DNA of 24,538 nt from Acidobacteriaceae bacterium (GCA_003168235.1 PMSZ01000129.1:2917-27454); one strand, 5' to 3'. Shown: positions 1 to 8,239, numbered from the stretch's first letter. Made by a program: numbers and translations. Notes: generated by a model not told the origin, from the sequence alone.

Positions 1-2
1 CC

Positions 3-860
3 TACATGCTGCACCAGTTGCCGCTAGACTGGAAGATTCGACAAACGGATCCGCTGAGTCTCGTCACTCCGCCCGTTAATCATCGAATGATTGAGATTCC
101 GTCCGGCACGGCGACGCTGGGCCTTCCCCCCGGTAGTTTTGGGTGGGACAATGAGTTCGAGGCGCACACCGCGCAACTTCCCGCGTTTGAAATCGACCAA
201 TACATGGTGACGAACCGGCAGTATTTGGAGTTCATGACTGCAGGCGGCTATGAAACGAGAGTTTTCTGGAGCGACGAGGACTGGGAATGGAAGACAGCTC
301 ACGCTGTGTCGCATCCTGTGTTCTGGCGGCACACGCGCAATGGATGGATCTATCGCACGATGTTCGAAGAGACTGCGTTGCCTCTCGACTGGCCGGTCTA
401 TCTGAGCCATGCCGAGGCCAACGCGTATGCTCGCTCGGTAGGAAAGTCGCTTCCTACAGAAGCGGAGTGGCATCGCGCTGCTTACGGCTCGCTAAACGGT
501 GAAGAACGGTATTACCCGTGGGGCCACGAAACACCCGATTCACGGTTCGGCAATTTTGATTTCGACCGTTGGAACCCCACGCCCGTAAATGCATCTCCGC
601 AAGGCCAAAGCGCTTTTGGAGCGCAAGGCATGTTGGGGAATGGCTGGGAGTGGACATCCACTATGTTCGCTCCATTTAACGGGTTCCAGCCGTTTCCGTT
701 TTATCGCGGATATTCGGCAGATTTTTTTGATGGCAGGCACTTCGTCATGAAAGGCGGCTCGGCGCGCACCGCCGCGTCAATGCTGCGGCCCAGCTTTCGC
801 AATTGGTTCCAGGCGCATTACCAGTACGTATACGCGGGGTTCCGTTGCGTCAGCCGCTAG
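3..860 (+). CDS. egtB: EgtB-like non-heme iron sulfoxide synthase (SUMF1/EgtB/PvdO family), C-terminal FGE-sulfatase domain; 5'-truncated by window edge
   Basis: Frame open from window start (TAC ATG CTG...). Motifs LPTEAEWHRAA, GNGWEWT, YSADFFDGRHFVMKGGS, RPSFRNWFQ...AGFRC. Directly upstream of egtD. Confidence 0.8.
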   Translation, partial: YMLHQLPLDWKIRQTDPLSLVTPPVNHRMIEIPSGTATLGLPPGSFGWDNEFEAHTAQLPAFEIDQYMVTNRQYLEFMTAGGYETRVFWSDEDWEWKTAHAVSHPVFWRHTRNGWIYRTMFEETALPLDWPVYLSHAEANAYARSVGKSLPTEAEWHRAAYGSLNGEERYYPWGHETPDSRFGNFDFDRWNPTPVNASPQGQSAFGAQGMLGNGWEWTSTMFAPFNGFQPFPFYRGYSADFFDGRHFVMKGGSARTAASMLRPSFRNWFQAHYQYVYAGFRCVSR

Positions 861-891
861 TGCAAGAAATCGGATCGGTAAGGAGTCGGAA

Positions 892-1860
892 ATGCTCGTC
901 CATGCAATAACCACAAATGCCACCTACGAATTTGCCGCTGACGTTCGCGCCGGCCTCACACGGCCGGGACAGAAAGAACTTCCATCCAAATATCTTTACG
1001 ACGAACTGGGGTCGGCCCTCTTTGAAGCCATCAGCCACCTGCCGCAGTACGGTCTCACCCGCGCTGACGAGCGCTTGCTGCGCCGACACTCGCACGAGAT
1101 CGTAGACCGTCTCGCCGGACCGGTCGCCGTCGCTGAACTTGGCAGCGGCAGCGGCATAAAAACTCGCTGGCTGCTTGAGGCGCTTTCTCGACGCCAGCGC
1201 ACATTTTACTATCCTGTAGAAATCTCTCCTTCGGCTTTAGCCCGGTGCGAGCAGGAACTTCGAGACATCGAGTCGGTCAGCATTGTCGGCTTTGAACGCG
1301 AGTATCTTGATGGCTTGCTGGAAGTCGCTGCGCGGCGCAAGAGCGACCAGCACTTACTGGTATTATTCCTCGGCAGCACCATAGGGAATTTCGATCGCTC
1401 CGCTGGCGTGAAGTTTCTGGCTGAGGTACGGCGAATTCTCGAGCCCGCTGATTCGCTCCTGCTCGGGACGGACCTGGAAAAGCCCGGTACTCGGCTGCTT
1501 CAGGCCTACGACGATGATCTCGGCGTGACCGCTGCGTTTGACCTAAACCTGCTTGCGCGCATCAACCGCGAACTGAACGCCAACTTTGACTTGAGGCAAT
1601 TTGCCCACGTGGCAAAGATCAACGAGGATTCGCGGAGTGTCGAGATGCACCTGCGCTCAAAGCAAAGGCAGACGGTGACGATTGCGGCGGCTGACATCGA
1701 GGTCGAGTTCCTTGAAGGCGAAACGATCTGGACAGAGAGCAGCCACAAATATTCGGCGGAAGAGATACCGCAGATCGCGAGAGATGCCGGTTTCCGCTGC
1801 GAAGCCCAGTGGATCGACGATCAGTGGCCGTTTGCGGAAAACCTGCTTGTCGCCCACTGA
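892..1860 (+). CDS. egtD: L-histidine N-alpha-methyltransferase (EgtD, Methyltransf_33), 322 aa
   Basis: KELPSKYLYDELGSALFEAI, ELGSGSGIKT, FLGSTIGNF, LLLGTDL, YDDDLGVTAAF, IWTESSHKY. RBS AAGGAG at 880-885. Confidence 0.92.
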   Translation: MLVHAITTNATYEFAADVRAGLTRPGQKELPSKYLYDELGSALFEAISHLPQYGLTRADERLLRRHSHEIVDRLAGPVAVAELGSGSGIKTRWLLEALSRRQRTFYYPVEISPSALARCEQELRDIESVSIVGFEREYLDGLLEVAARRKSDQHLLVLFLGSTIGNFDRSAGVKFLAEVRRILEPADSLLLGTDLEKPGTRLLQAYDDDLGVTAAFDLNLLARINRELNANFDLRQFAHVAKINEDSRSVEMHLRSKQRQTVTIAAADIEVEFLEGETIWTESSHKYSAEEIPQIARDAGFRCEAQWIDDQWPFAENLLVAH

Positions 1861-1931
1861 AATCGTATAGCATTGCCGAGCACGTTGCACCTGCAGGACC
1901 GTTACGCCAGCTGAACCGTGGAGGAGAACCG

Positions 1932-2204
1932 ATGCCTACAGAATGCACTCACCTGGACCAGACAAAAATCAGGACCACCACCACGCACGTGTGTCCCGAG
2001 TGCGTCAAACTCGGCGATTCGTGGGTTCACTTGCGCCTGTGCCTCATCTGCGGACATGTCGGTTGCTGCGACTCATCCAAGAACAAACACGCGACCAAGC
2101 ATTTCCACAAAACGCAGCATCCTCTTATCCGTTCCATCGAGGGCGGGGAGTCCTGGGTCTGGTGTTACGTGGACGAGATCGAAGCCGGCGAACTGGCCGC
2201 TTAA
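1932..2204 (+). CDS. UBP-type zinc finger protein, 90 aa
   Basis: CTH...CPEC...WVHLRLCLICGHVGCCDSSKNKHATKHF...WCYVD. ATG at 1932 follows GAGGAG (1921-1926); the ORF track's upstream extension from 1809 overlaps egtD and is unlikely. Confidence 0.9.
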   Translation: MPTECTHLDQTKIRTTTTHVCPECVKLGDSWVHLRLCLICGHVGCCDSSKNKHATKHFHKTQHPLIRSIEGGESWVWCYVDEIEAGELAA

Positions 2205-2315
2205 TAACTAAGCATTCATACAACCAGAACGAATCTTCTGGATTGACTCAATGTAGTTCTGGTTCGACAGAGTCTCTGCATCTGCTACCTATTATTTGGA
2301 AGAGCTACAGGCGTC

Positions 2316-3986
2316 ATGGCAAAGCCCATACTACTTAGCGTGGACGACGATCCCGATGTCTTGCGTGCCATTGAGAGGGATTTGCGTTCGCAGTACGGCG
2401 CAGACTATCGCGTGATGAGCAGCGACGCTCCCGAAGCGGCGCTCGACATTCTCAAAGAACTTAAGGTTCGCAACGACAGTGTGGCGCTCCTGCTTGCCGA
2501 CCAGCGCATGCCGCGCATGGATGGTGTCGGGTTTCTGCAGCACGCGAAGCAGATTTTTCCAGACGCGAAACGCGCGCTGCTCACGGCCTATGCCGATACC
2601 AACGCGGCGATCAGCGCCATCAATCAGGCGGGCCTCGACTACTTTTTCATGAAGCCGTGGGACCCTCCGACCGAGCATCTCTATCCGCAGCTCAACGACC
2701 TGCTCGATGATTGGCGAGCTTCGTATAGGCCGGCTTACGACGGAATCAGGGTTTTGGGGACGCGATGGTCGCCGCGATGTTACGAGCTCCGTGATTTTCT
2801 CGCGCGCAATCGCGTTCCTTATCAGTGGGTCGACGTGGAGTACTCGGCCAATGATCCGGAAACCAAACTGATTCTCGAAACCCTGGGTTCAGAGGCGGCC
2901 AATCTCCCCGTCGTTCTTTTTCCCGACGGGACGAAGCTGTTCGAAGGCGTACCTGCGGACGTGGCGCAGAAGGTCGGGTTGCGTACGCGGGCGCAAACCA
3001 CCTTCTACGATCTGGCAATTGTAGGCGGCGGCCCGGCCGGCTTGGCGGCGGCTGTTTATGGCGCTTCCGAGGGTTTGCACACGGTAATGGTCGAGCGGGA
3101 AGCGCCCGGCGGCCAGGCTGGAATGAGTTCGCGTATTGAGAACTATCTCGGGTTTCCCAGCGGTCTCAGCGGAGGCGATCTCGCGCGCCGCGGGGTGACG
3201 CAAGCCCTGCGGTTTGGTGTCGAGATACTGTCCCCGCAGGAAGCTGTCGGCGTACGAACGGAAGGATCGTACCGGATCATCAAAATGGTCGACGGCCACG
3301 AAATTTCCTGTCACGCCTTGATGATTGCGACGGGCGTCCAGTGGCGGCGTTTGGAGGCTCCGGGAATCGACCGGTTGCAGGGTGCGGGCGTCTACTACGG
3401 CGGCGGCGCTTCAGAGGCTTTGTCCTGCAAGGGAGAAATCGTCTACGTTGTGGGCGGCGCGAATTCCGCCGGACAAGCGGCGATGAATTTCTCCAGGTAT
3501 GCGGAACGCGTCGTGATCCTGGTGCGCGGAACCTCGCTCGACGCCACCATGTCGAAATATCTGATTGACCAGATCAAAGAGACCTCCAACATCCAATTGT
3601 GGAGTCACGCCAGCGTGACCGAGGTGCACGGTGAAACGCATCTCGAGGAGATTTCCGTCCTCTGCTCCGACACAAGCAAACTGGAGCGAGTGCCGGCCAG
3701 TGCCATGTTCATTTTTATTGGAGCTCTGCCGCGGACGGATTGGTTGGCAGGCATGGTCGAGCGCGACGAGCGCGGATTTCTTTTGACCGGCCCCGATGTG
3801 ATGCAAGGCGGAGAACGTCCCAGGGGCTGGGCACTCGACCGCGATCCGTTTCTTCTGGAGACGAATGTGCCGGGCATTTTTGCCGTTGGTGACGTGCGGC
3901 ATGGCTCCGTCAAACGTGTGGCCTCCGGGGTTGGCGAGGGATCTGTGGCTGTTCAATTCATTCATCAATACTTAAGCAAGGTGTAA
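2316..3986 (+). CDS. Response-regulator receiver domain fused to a thioredoxin-reductase-like FAD-dependent oxidoreductase, 556 aa
   Basis: N-terminal REC (ILLSVDDD...LLADQRMP...LLTAY...FFMKPW). A glutaredoxin-like middle segment. FAD motif IVGGGPAGLAAA, GGQAGMSSRIENYLGFP, NADPH motif VVGGANSAGQAA, C-terminal TNVPGIFAVGDV...RVASGVGEG. Confidence 0.9.
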   Translation: MAKPILLSVDDDPDVLRAIERDLRSQYGADYRVMSSDAPEAALDILKELKVRNDSVALLLADQRMPRMDGVGFLQHAKQIFPDAKRALLTAYADTNAAISAINQAGLDYFFMKPWDPPTEHLYPQLNDLLDDWRASYRPAYDGIRVLGTRWSPRCYELRDFLARNRVPYQWVDVEYSANDPETKLILETLGSEAANLPVVLFPDGTKLFEGVPADVAQKVGLRTRAQTTFYDLAIVGGGPAGLAAAVYGASEGLHTVMVEREAPGGQAGMSSRIENYLGFPSGLSGGDLARRGVTQALRFGVEILSPQEAVGVRTEGSYRIIKMVDGHEISCHALMIATGVQWRRLEAPGIDRLQGAGVYYGGGASEALSCKGEIVYVVGGANSAGQAAMNFSRYAERVVILVRGTSLDATMSKYLIDQIKETSNIQLWSHASVTEVHGETHLEEISVLCSDTSKLERVPASAMFIFIGALPRTDWLAGMVERDERGFLLTGPDVMQGGERPRGWALDRDPFLLETNVPGIFAVGDVRHGSVKRVASGVGEGSVAVQFIHQYLSKV

Positions 3987-5375
3987 ATGACCGAATTATC
4001 TGAACTACTGCGGCGTGTGCCCGTCTTCGTGGATCTGCCCGACGATCAGATCTCATGGTTCCTCAGCCAATCCCAAGATCTGCAACTCAAGGCCGGGGAA
4101 TACTACGCACGTCAGGGCGATCCTGCGGACACGATGTCTGTCGTCCTCGAAGGACAACTAGAGCTCCGAGGCGAATTGTCCGGCGAAATGGTCGTGATTC
4201 CCATAGATGCGGGTGAAGTGACCGGCGTGCTCCCTTTCTCAAGGATGAAAAGTTTTTCCGTCAGTGGCCGCGCCATTGCCGACAGTCACCTCCTGCGATT
4301 TCCCGCGACACGCTTTCCGGAACTCGTGCAGAAAATGCCGGAGCTTACGAAGCGCCTCGTGGGCCTGATGTCCGACAGGGTCCGCGAAGCCACCCGGTTC
4401 GAACAACAGCGGGACCGGCTTTCCGCTCTGGGCAAGCTTTCGGCGGGTCTTGCTCATGAACTTAACAATCCTGCCTCTGCCGCAAAACGCGCCGCCGGTC
4501 AGCTGCGCGATCTTCTGATTAAAATCCGCAACGCGAGTCACGATCTGGGAAGGCGCGATCTCTCTTTGGCGCAGAAATCCGAGATTGAAAAAATGGAGGC
4601 CTCATTTACCCAGGGTGACGCGCCTCCGCCCGACGCCCTCGCGGCCAGCGCTCTGGAGGATCAGATTGACTCTTTGTTTCGGAATCACGGTCAGAACGAT
4701 CTGTGGCAACTAGCTGCCGATCTCGCGCGAAAGAATGTAAAGCCCGCAGCGTTGGAACAGCTTTTCACGACGCTGGACGCTGGTACCGCGCGTGCCGCGT
4801 TGGTGAGGATCTCGGCTTCTGTGGAGATTGCCGATCTGCTCAACCAGATTGAGAGCAGCACCTCGCGGATCTCGGAGTTAGTCGGGGCGATCAAGGAATA
4901 CACCTTCATGGACCAGTCGCCCTTGCAGAACGTCGATATCGTCAAGAGCCTGGAGAACACACTGGTCATCATGAATCACAAACTCAAGCAGGGAGTAAAC
5001 GTCCAGCGCGATTATCAGAAGGTTCCGCTCCTGGTGAACTCGTTCGGCAGTGAACTTAACCAGGTATGGACCAACATCATCGACAACGCCGTCGATGCAA
5101 TGGGTGGGGAAGGTGAACTTCGAGTGCGCGCTTATCGCGACGACAATTGCGCTTTGGTGGAGATTGGCGATAATGGCCCGGGGATTCCTCCTGACGTCCT
5201 GCCCCACATTTTCGAACCTTTCTTTACCACCAAGGGAGTGGGAGAAGGAACTGGACTTGGCCTTGACACGACGCAACGCATCGTGAAGAAACACCGCGGC
5301 AACATTCAAGTCAACTCACAACCGGGCGATACACGCTTTCAGGTTTGGCTGCCGCTCGCAGAAAGTTCTGTCTAG
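3987..5375 (+). CDS. Soluble sensor histidine kinase with N-terminal cyclic-nucleotide-binding (Crp-like) domain, 462 aa
   Basis: N-terminus LRRVPVFVDL...YYARQGDPADTMSVVLEG. H-box LAHELNNP, N-box ELNQVWTNIIDNAVDA, G boxes DNGPGI, FEPFFTTKGVGEGTGLGL. ATG directly abuts the upstream TAA. Confidence 0.9.
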   Translation: MTELSELLRRVPVFVDLPDDQISWFLSQSQDLQLKAGEYYARQGDPADTMSVVLEGQLELRGELSGEMVVIPIDAGEVTGVLPFSRMKSFSVSGRAIADSHLLRFPATRFPELVQKMPELTKRLVGLMSDRVREATRFEQQRDRLSALGKLSAGLAHELNNPASAAKRAAGQLRDLLIKIRNASHDLGRRDLSLAQKSEIEKMEASFTQGDAPPPDALAASALEDQIDSLFRNHGQNDLWQLAADLARKNVKPAALEQLFTTLDAGTARAALVRISASVEIADLLNQIESSTSRISELVGAIKEYTFMDQSPLQNVDIVKSLENTLVIMNHKLKQGVNVQRDYQKVPLLVNSFGSELNQVWTNIIDNAVDAMGGEGELRVRAYRDDNCALVEIGDNGPGIPPDVLPHIFEPFFTTKGVGEGTGLGLDTTQRIVKKHRGNIQVNSQPGDTRFQVWLPLAESSV

Positions 5376-5411
5376 GGTCAGTTGAGGAACCGCACATCCA
5401 CCGTCCAGACT

Positions 5412-5510
5412 CTTCGCCGGCTGAGGTCAGAAAATGGCGGTCGCTGCCGCCGAGAGCGCAGAGGATGAGTTGGGGAGCAAACGTGGGGCTGCGCCCAACA
5501 GCCGGCGAAG
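5412..5510. repeat. Intergenic element bounded by a perfect 12-bp inverted repeat, with internal hairpins
   Basis: CTTCGCCGGCTG (5412-5423) and CAGCCGGCGAAG (5499-5510). Internal GGCGG/CCGCC (5436-5451) and GTTGGG/CCCAAC (5469-5499). Lies between convergent genes. Confidence 0.65.
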
Positions 5511-5537
5511 GGACGCGATCGTGCCACGGGCCGCAAA

Positions 5538-6143
5538 CTACCGCAACGATGGTCGTTTCGCGGCAGGGTTGGATGCTGCGCCACTCGCTGCGGCCGTGGA
5601 TTCCGAGGCCGCTGGCGAAGGATCCGGCAACGTTGATTCTTTGATCTTTTTGGCTACATTGCGAGCGAGATTATGGGTCGCTCGCAGGTTACTTCCGAAA
5701 AAGTGGACGTCGCCCTCGACCGTGAGTTCCAGAACAACTTTGCCGTCTCGAGCACAGAGCTGGCTGAGGACGTTTAACTTGGTGGCCCCACTCACCGTGG
5801 TGACCGCACGCTTGGTTTCGCTGCCCGCCGTATATTTCTGCACTGTTGTTTTCAGCAGCAGCAAGTCCGGAACATCTTTAGCATTGCGGTCACCGCTGCG
5901 AAATACCTGTTTGAATCGCTTCGTCTTGCCCACCTCATCCAACAGGTTCTCGTAAATCGCGACCTGGAAGGCGGACTCCAAGTCGACGTCGCCGGGGTTG
6001 ATCTTGTCCACCTCCACGCTCCATTGCGCGGTAGAAGATTTGTTGGCTGCGGATTTCGCGTCTGCCGCGAGCCGGTAGGGGAGCGCAAGAATAACCATCA
6101 CGATAATCGCGGCTAATGCGCTGTACTTGCTATTTGCTTTCAC
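5538..6143 (-). CDS. Exported hypothetical protein (possibly DUF4410-like), 201 aa
   Basis: GTG at 6143 preceded by GGAG. Signal-like N-terminus (KANSKYSALAAIIVMVILALPYRLAA). Core ...KYTAGSETKRAVTTVSGATKLNV... The domain call is a recollection only. Confidence 0.7.
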   Translation of the reverse strand: MKANSKYSALAAIIVMVILALPYRLAADAKSAANKSSTAQWSVEVDKINPGDVDLESAFQVAIYENLLDEVGKTKRFKQVFRSGDRNAKDVPDLLLLKTTVQKYTAGSETKRAVTTVSGATKLNVLSQLCARDGKVVLELTVEGDVHFFGSNLRATHNLARNVAKKIKESTLPDPSPAASESTAAASGAASNPAAKRPSLR

Positions 6144-6660
6144 TTGAGATCTCCGGAGCATTTTGTTTTGCGGCCTTGTTTTCGGCCTGGACCACACGTG
6201 CACCCTTGGCTATCAGTTGGCTCCTGAAGCCCTCCGCTTCTCCTTTGACGAGCTCGAAGATGGCTCCATGCAACGCGCCATTGCTGTCGAGGTATTGCAG
6301 CGTAAGAGTGTCGTATTTCTTGTGGGAAAACAGGCTGACCACACGCCCGCCGCCATAAGGCGTTGCCGCTTTGCTAAGTGTCATCGGCAGGCCGCCGACT
6401 TGCCGGTTTTCTTCGCCGAGGACGACATCCTGAATGGAAGCGAGGCTGACCTGCACGGCAGTGTCTCCGCTTTTCTGAAACTGCAATGCAGTGTCTTGAA
6501 TGGACAGTTTCCCTTTCGTGTTCTTCGCCGTGCCTTCGAACCCCATGATCTGCGTCACGTTGACCTCATTCGTGGTGGCTGCACTCGCTGCTCCGCTCGG
6601 CGTTTGGGCAAACATTGCTGTGCCACACCAGAGCAGGAGGATCGGGGAAAGCTTTTTCAT
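6130..6660 (-). CDS. Exported hypothetical protein, 176 aa
   Basis: MKKLSPILLLWCGTAMFA-Q is a signal-peptide-like start, with AGAGG upstream. The beta-rich segment GKLSIQDTALQF...VSLASIQDVVLG is PH-like. Overlaps the next gene by 14 nt. Confidence 0.7.
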   Translation of the reverse strand: MKKLSPILLLWCGTAMFAQTPSGAASAATTNEVNVTQIMGFEGTAKNTKGKLSIQDTALQFQKSGDTAVQVSLASIQDVVLGEENRQVGGLPMTLSKAATPYGGGRVVSLFSHKKYDTLTLQYLDSNGALHGAIFELVKGEAEGFRSQLIAKGARVVQAENKAAKQNAPEISSESK

Positions 6661-6942
6661 AAAGCCTCTTCTCATCGAGGATCTCCATTCGTCGTTACCG
6701 CGCGCACACACTATACACCGAATGGCGTCCCCCTGCGCTCTTTCTGCTGGGATGAACCGCGACTGAGCGCGAGAGATGCGCTCTTTAATCTCACCCGTGA
6801 GTCGGATGAGTTTCTCGGAAATCTTACTCTCTCCCACCAGGTTATAAATCCGACAAAAGTAGGAGCGCTCAAGCGTAGAGACTGACCGGGTCCCGACTTC
6901 TGGTTGGACATGTAAGGCCAATATCCTACAGAATGGTTCTCG

Positions 6943-7488
6943 ATGCCGCCATCGCTTAGTGGGCAACTCGCCGGAGTCGTCTTGTCCGACGCTGAGGGAC
7001 GTTCAGTCCAACTGGGCTCACTTTGGGCGAGCGGAACTGTGGTGGTTACCTTCCTTCGCCACTATGGTTGAATCTTCTGCCGCGAGCACATTGCGCGGTT
7101 GCGCGATCACGAGCGGGCGTTCACGGAGAAAGGTGCTCGGCTGGCCGTAATCGGTCTTGGCGATCTGCAGTACGCCCGGGCTTTCCACGCAGAGAGTGGA
7201 ATCACGTTCCCGCTTCTGGTCGACGAACAACGGCTGGCCTATCGTGCGGCCGGTCTTCGCAGCGCAACCCTGGCCCATCTGCTGTGGCGGGAGAATTCAG
7301 TTGCGCGGTCTAGAGCCCAAGCCGCGGGGCACCGGCAACATCGCCTGGGCAAGAATCCCTTTCAATTGGGTGGAAGCTTTGTTTTCGGCCCCGGGAACGT
7401 CGATCTGTACATACACATCAGCCAGACATTCGGAGACAATGCGTCGCCCGCCGATCTTCTGGCAGCGATTCCGTCAAAGCTGTCCTAA
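6943..7488 (+). CDS. Probable selenoprotein: peroxiredoxin-like / AhpC-TSA (thioredoxin-fold) protein with UxxC motif, 181 aa including Sec43
   Basis: Manual translation: MPPSLSGQLAGVVLSDAEGRSVQLGSLWASGTVVVTFLRHYG-(TGA 7069-7071)-IFCREHIARLRDHE...FPLLVDEQRLAYRAAGL...QLGGSFVFGPGNVDLYIHISQTFGDNASPADLL. The UGA sits at the first position of the CxxC motif and is in frame with ORF 7099..7488. Confidence 0.85.
7090..7107 (+). promoter_or_regulatory. Putative bacterial SECIS hairpin
   Basis: AUUGCGC-GGUU-GCGCGAU: 7-bp stem with one G-U pair. The loop starts with G, 25 nt after the UGA. A possible lower stem forms between 7078-7083 and 7113-7119. Confidence 0.65.
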
Positions 7489-7555
7489 GCCGGTTCACGC
7501 CGGACGGCGACGATGTGTCTGTGCGTTTCGATCTGGATATCGAGTAGAATCCGTC

Positions 7556-8239
7556 TCACAGTGCCGCCGACGGGCTTGTTCCCGCTGCCGCGAAGACGTC
7601 GGCAGTTTCCTGCTCCGCGATCGGGATGAACGTTTGTACCACCTCGGAATCGAATTGTGTTCCGCTGTTTTCCAGCAAACGGCGAACTGCTTCTTCGTGC
7701 GCGAGACCCGGCCGGTAGCATCGGTTAGAGACCATGGCGTCGTACGCGTCAATGACACAGATAATTCGCGAAACAAGAGGAATGTCGGTCCCCTCCAGGC
7801 CGGCCGGATAACCCTTCCCATCTATGCTTTCGTGGTGGTGCAAGGCATAGAGGCTCGCTTCTTCAAGGCCTGGGAAGAGACGAAGAATCGACCAGCTATA
7901 TTCGGGGTGGCGGTTGATAATCGCTCGTTCTCCCGCAGTGAGGGGTCCGTTCTTTTTCAGGATAGCGTCCGGGACGCCCACCTTGCCGATGTCATGCAAC
8001 AGCGCGGCGACTTCCACCTGGTATGAGCTCTCTTCGGGAATATTCATCTTGCGAGAAACCCGAAGCGCCCACTCGGCCAATCGCGTGCTGTGGACTCCCG
8101 TGCTGATGTCTTTCAGGTCGAGCAACTGATTGAACGCGCAGACCAGCGAATTGCGGAAGGCCAGATGCTGTTCCTCCAACTCCTTGACCCGCAACAGCAG
8201 CCCCGAAACCTCAAGCACCGAATTGTCGACACCCACCAT
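7556..8239 (-). CDS. Stand-alone HD-GYP domain protein (putative cyclic-dinucleotide phosphodiesterase), 227 aa
   Basis: HSTRLA...ALLHDIGKVGVPDAILKK.GPLT..E...I..HP...HHHESIDGKGYPAGL.G.DIPLVSRII.VIDAYDAM...RCYR. ATG at 8239 lies 20 nt downstream of the S8 stop. Confidence 0.88.
   Translation of the reverse strand: MVGVDNSVLEVSGLLLRVKELEEQHLAFRNSLVCAFNQLLDLKDISTGVHSTRLAEWALRVSRKMNIPEESSYQVEVAALLHDIGKVGVPDAILKKNGPLTAGERAIINRHPEYSWSILRLFPGLEEASLYALHHHESIDGKGYPAGLEGTDIPLVSRIICVIDAYDAMVSNRCYRPGLAHEEAVRRLLENSGTQFDSEVVQTFIPIAEQETADVFAAAGTSPSAAL

Noticed and set aside
3-1860. Selenoneine (senABC) cluster
   Set aside because: No SenB glycosyltransferase or SelD/SenC gene in the window. The region upstream is not visible, so this is not excluded genome-wide.
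2316-3986. Gene symbol trxB
   Set aside because: The protein lacks the CxxC dithiol and carries an extra REC domain.
5412-5510. tRNA-Sec, SRP RNA or intrinsic terminator
   Set aside because: No T-loop TTCRA or anticodon arm, no SRP GGAAGCAGC-type motif, and no U-tract on either strand.
6904-6943. Sigma70-like promoter (TTGGAC...CAGAAT) giving a leaderless selenoprotein mRNA
   Set aside because: Weak match to consensus with ambiguous spacing. Needs TSS data.
6661-6966. 102-aa N-terminal extension of ORF 6130..6966
   Set aside because: It would bury the signal peptide and overlap the selenoprotein start. Treated as intergenic.
7099-7488. ORF-track 129-aa protein starting at TTG 7099, or a pseudogene call
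   Set aside because: This start would drop the active-site motif. The frame extends upstream through a single UGA to ATG 6943, and the TTG lies inside the SECIS-like hairpin.
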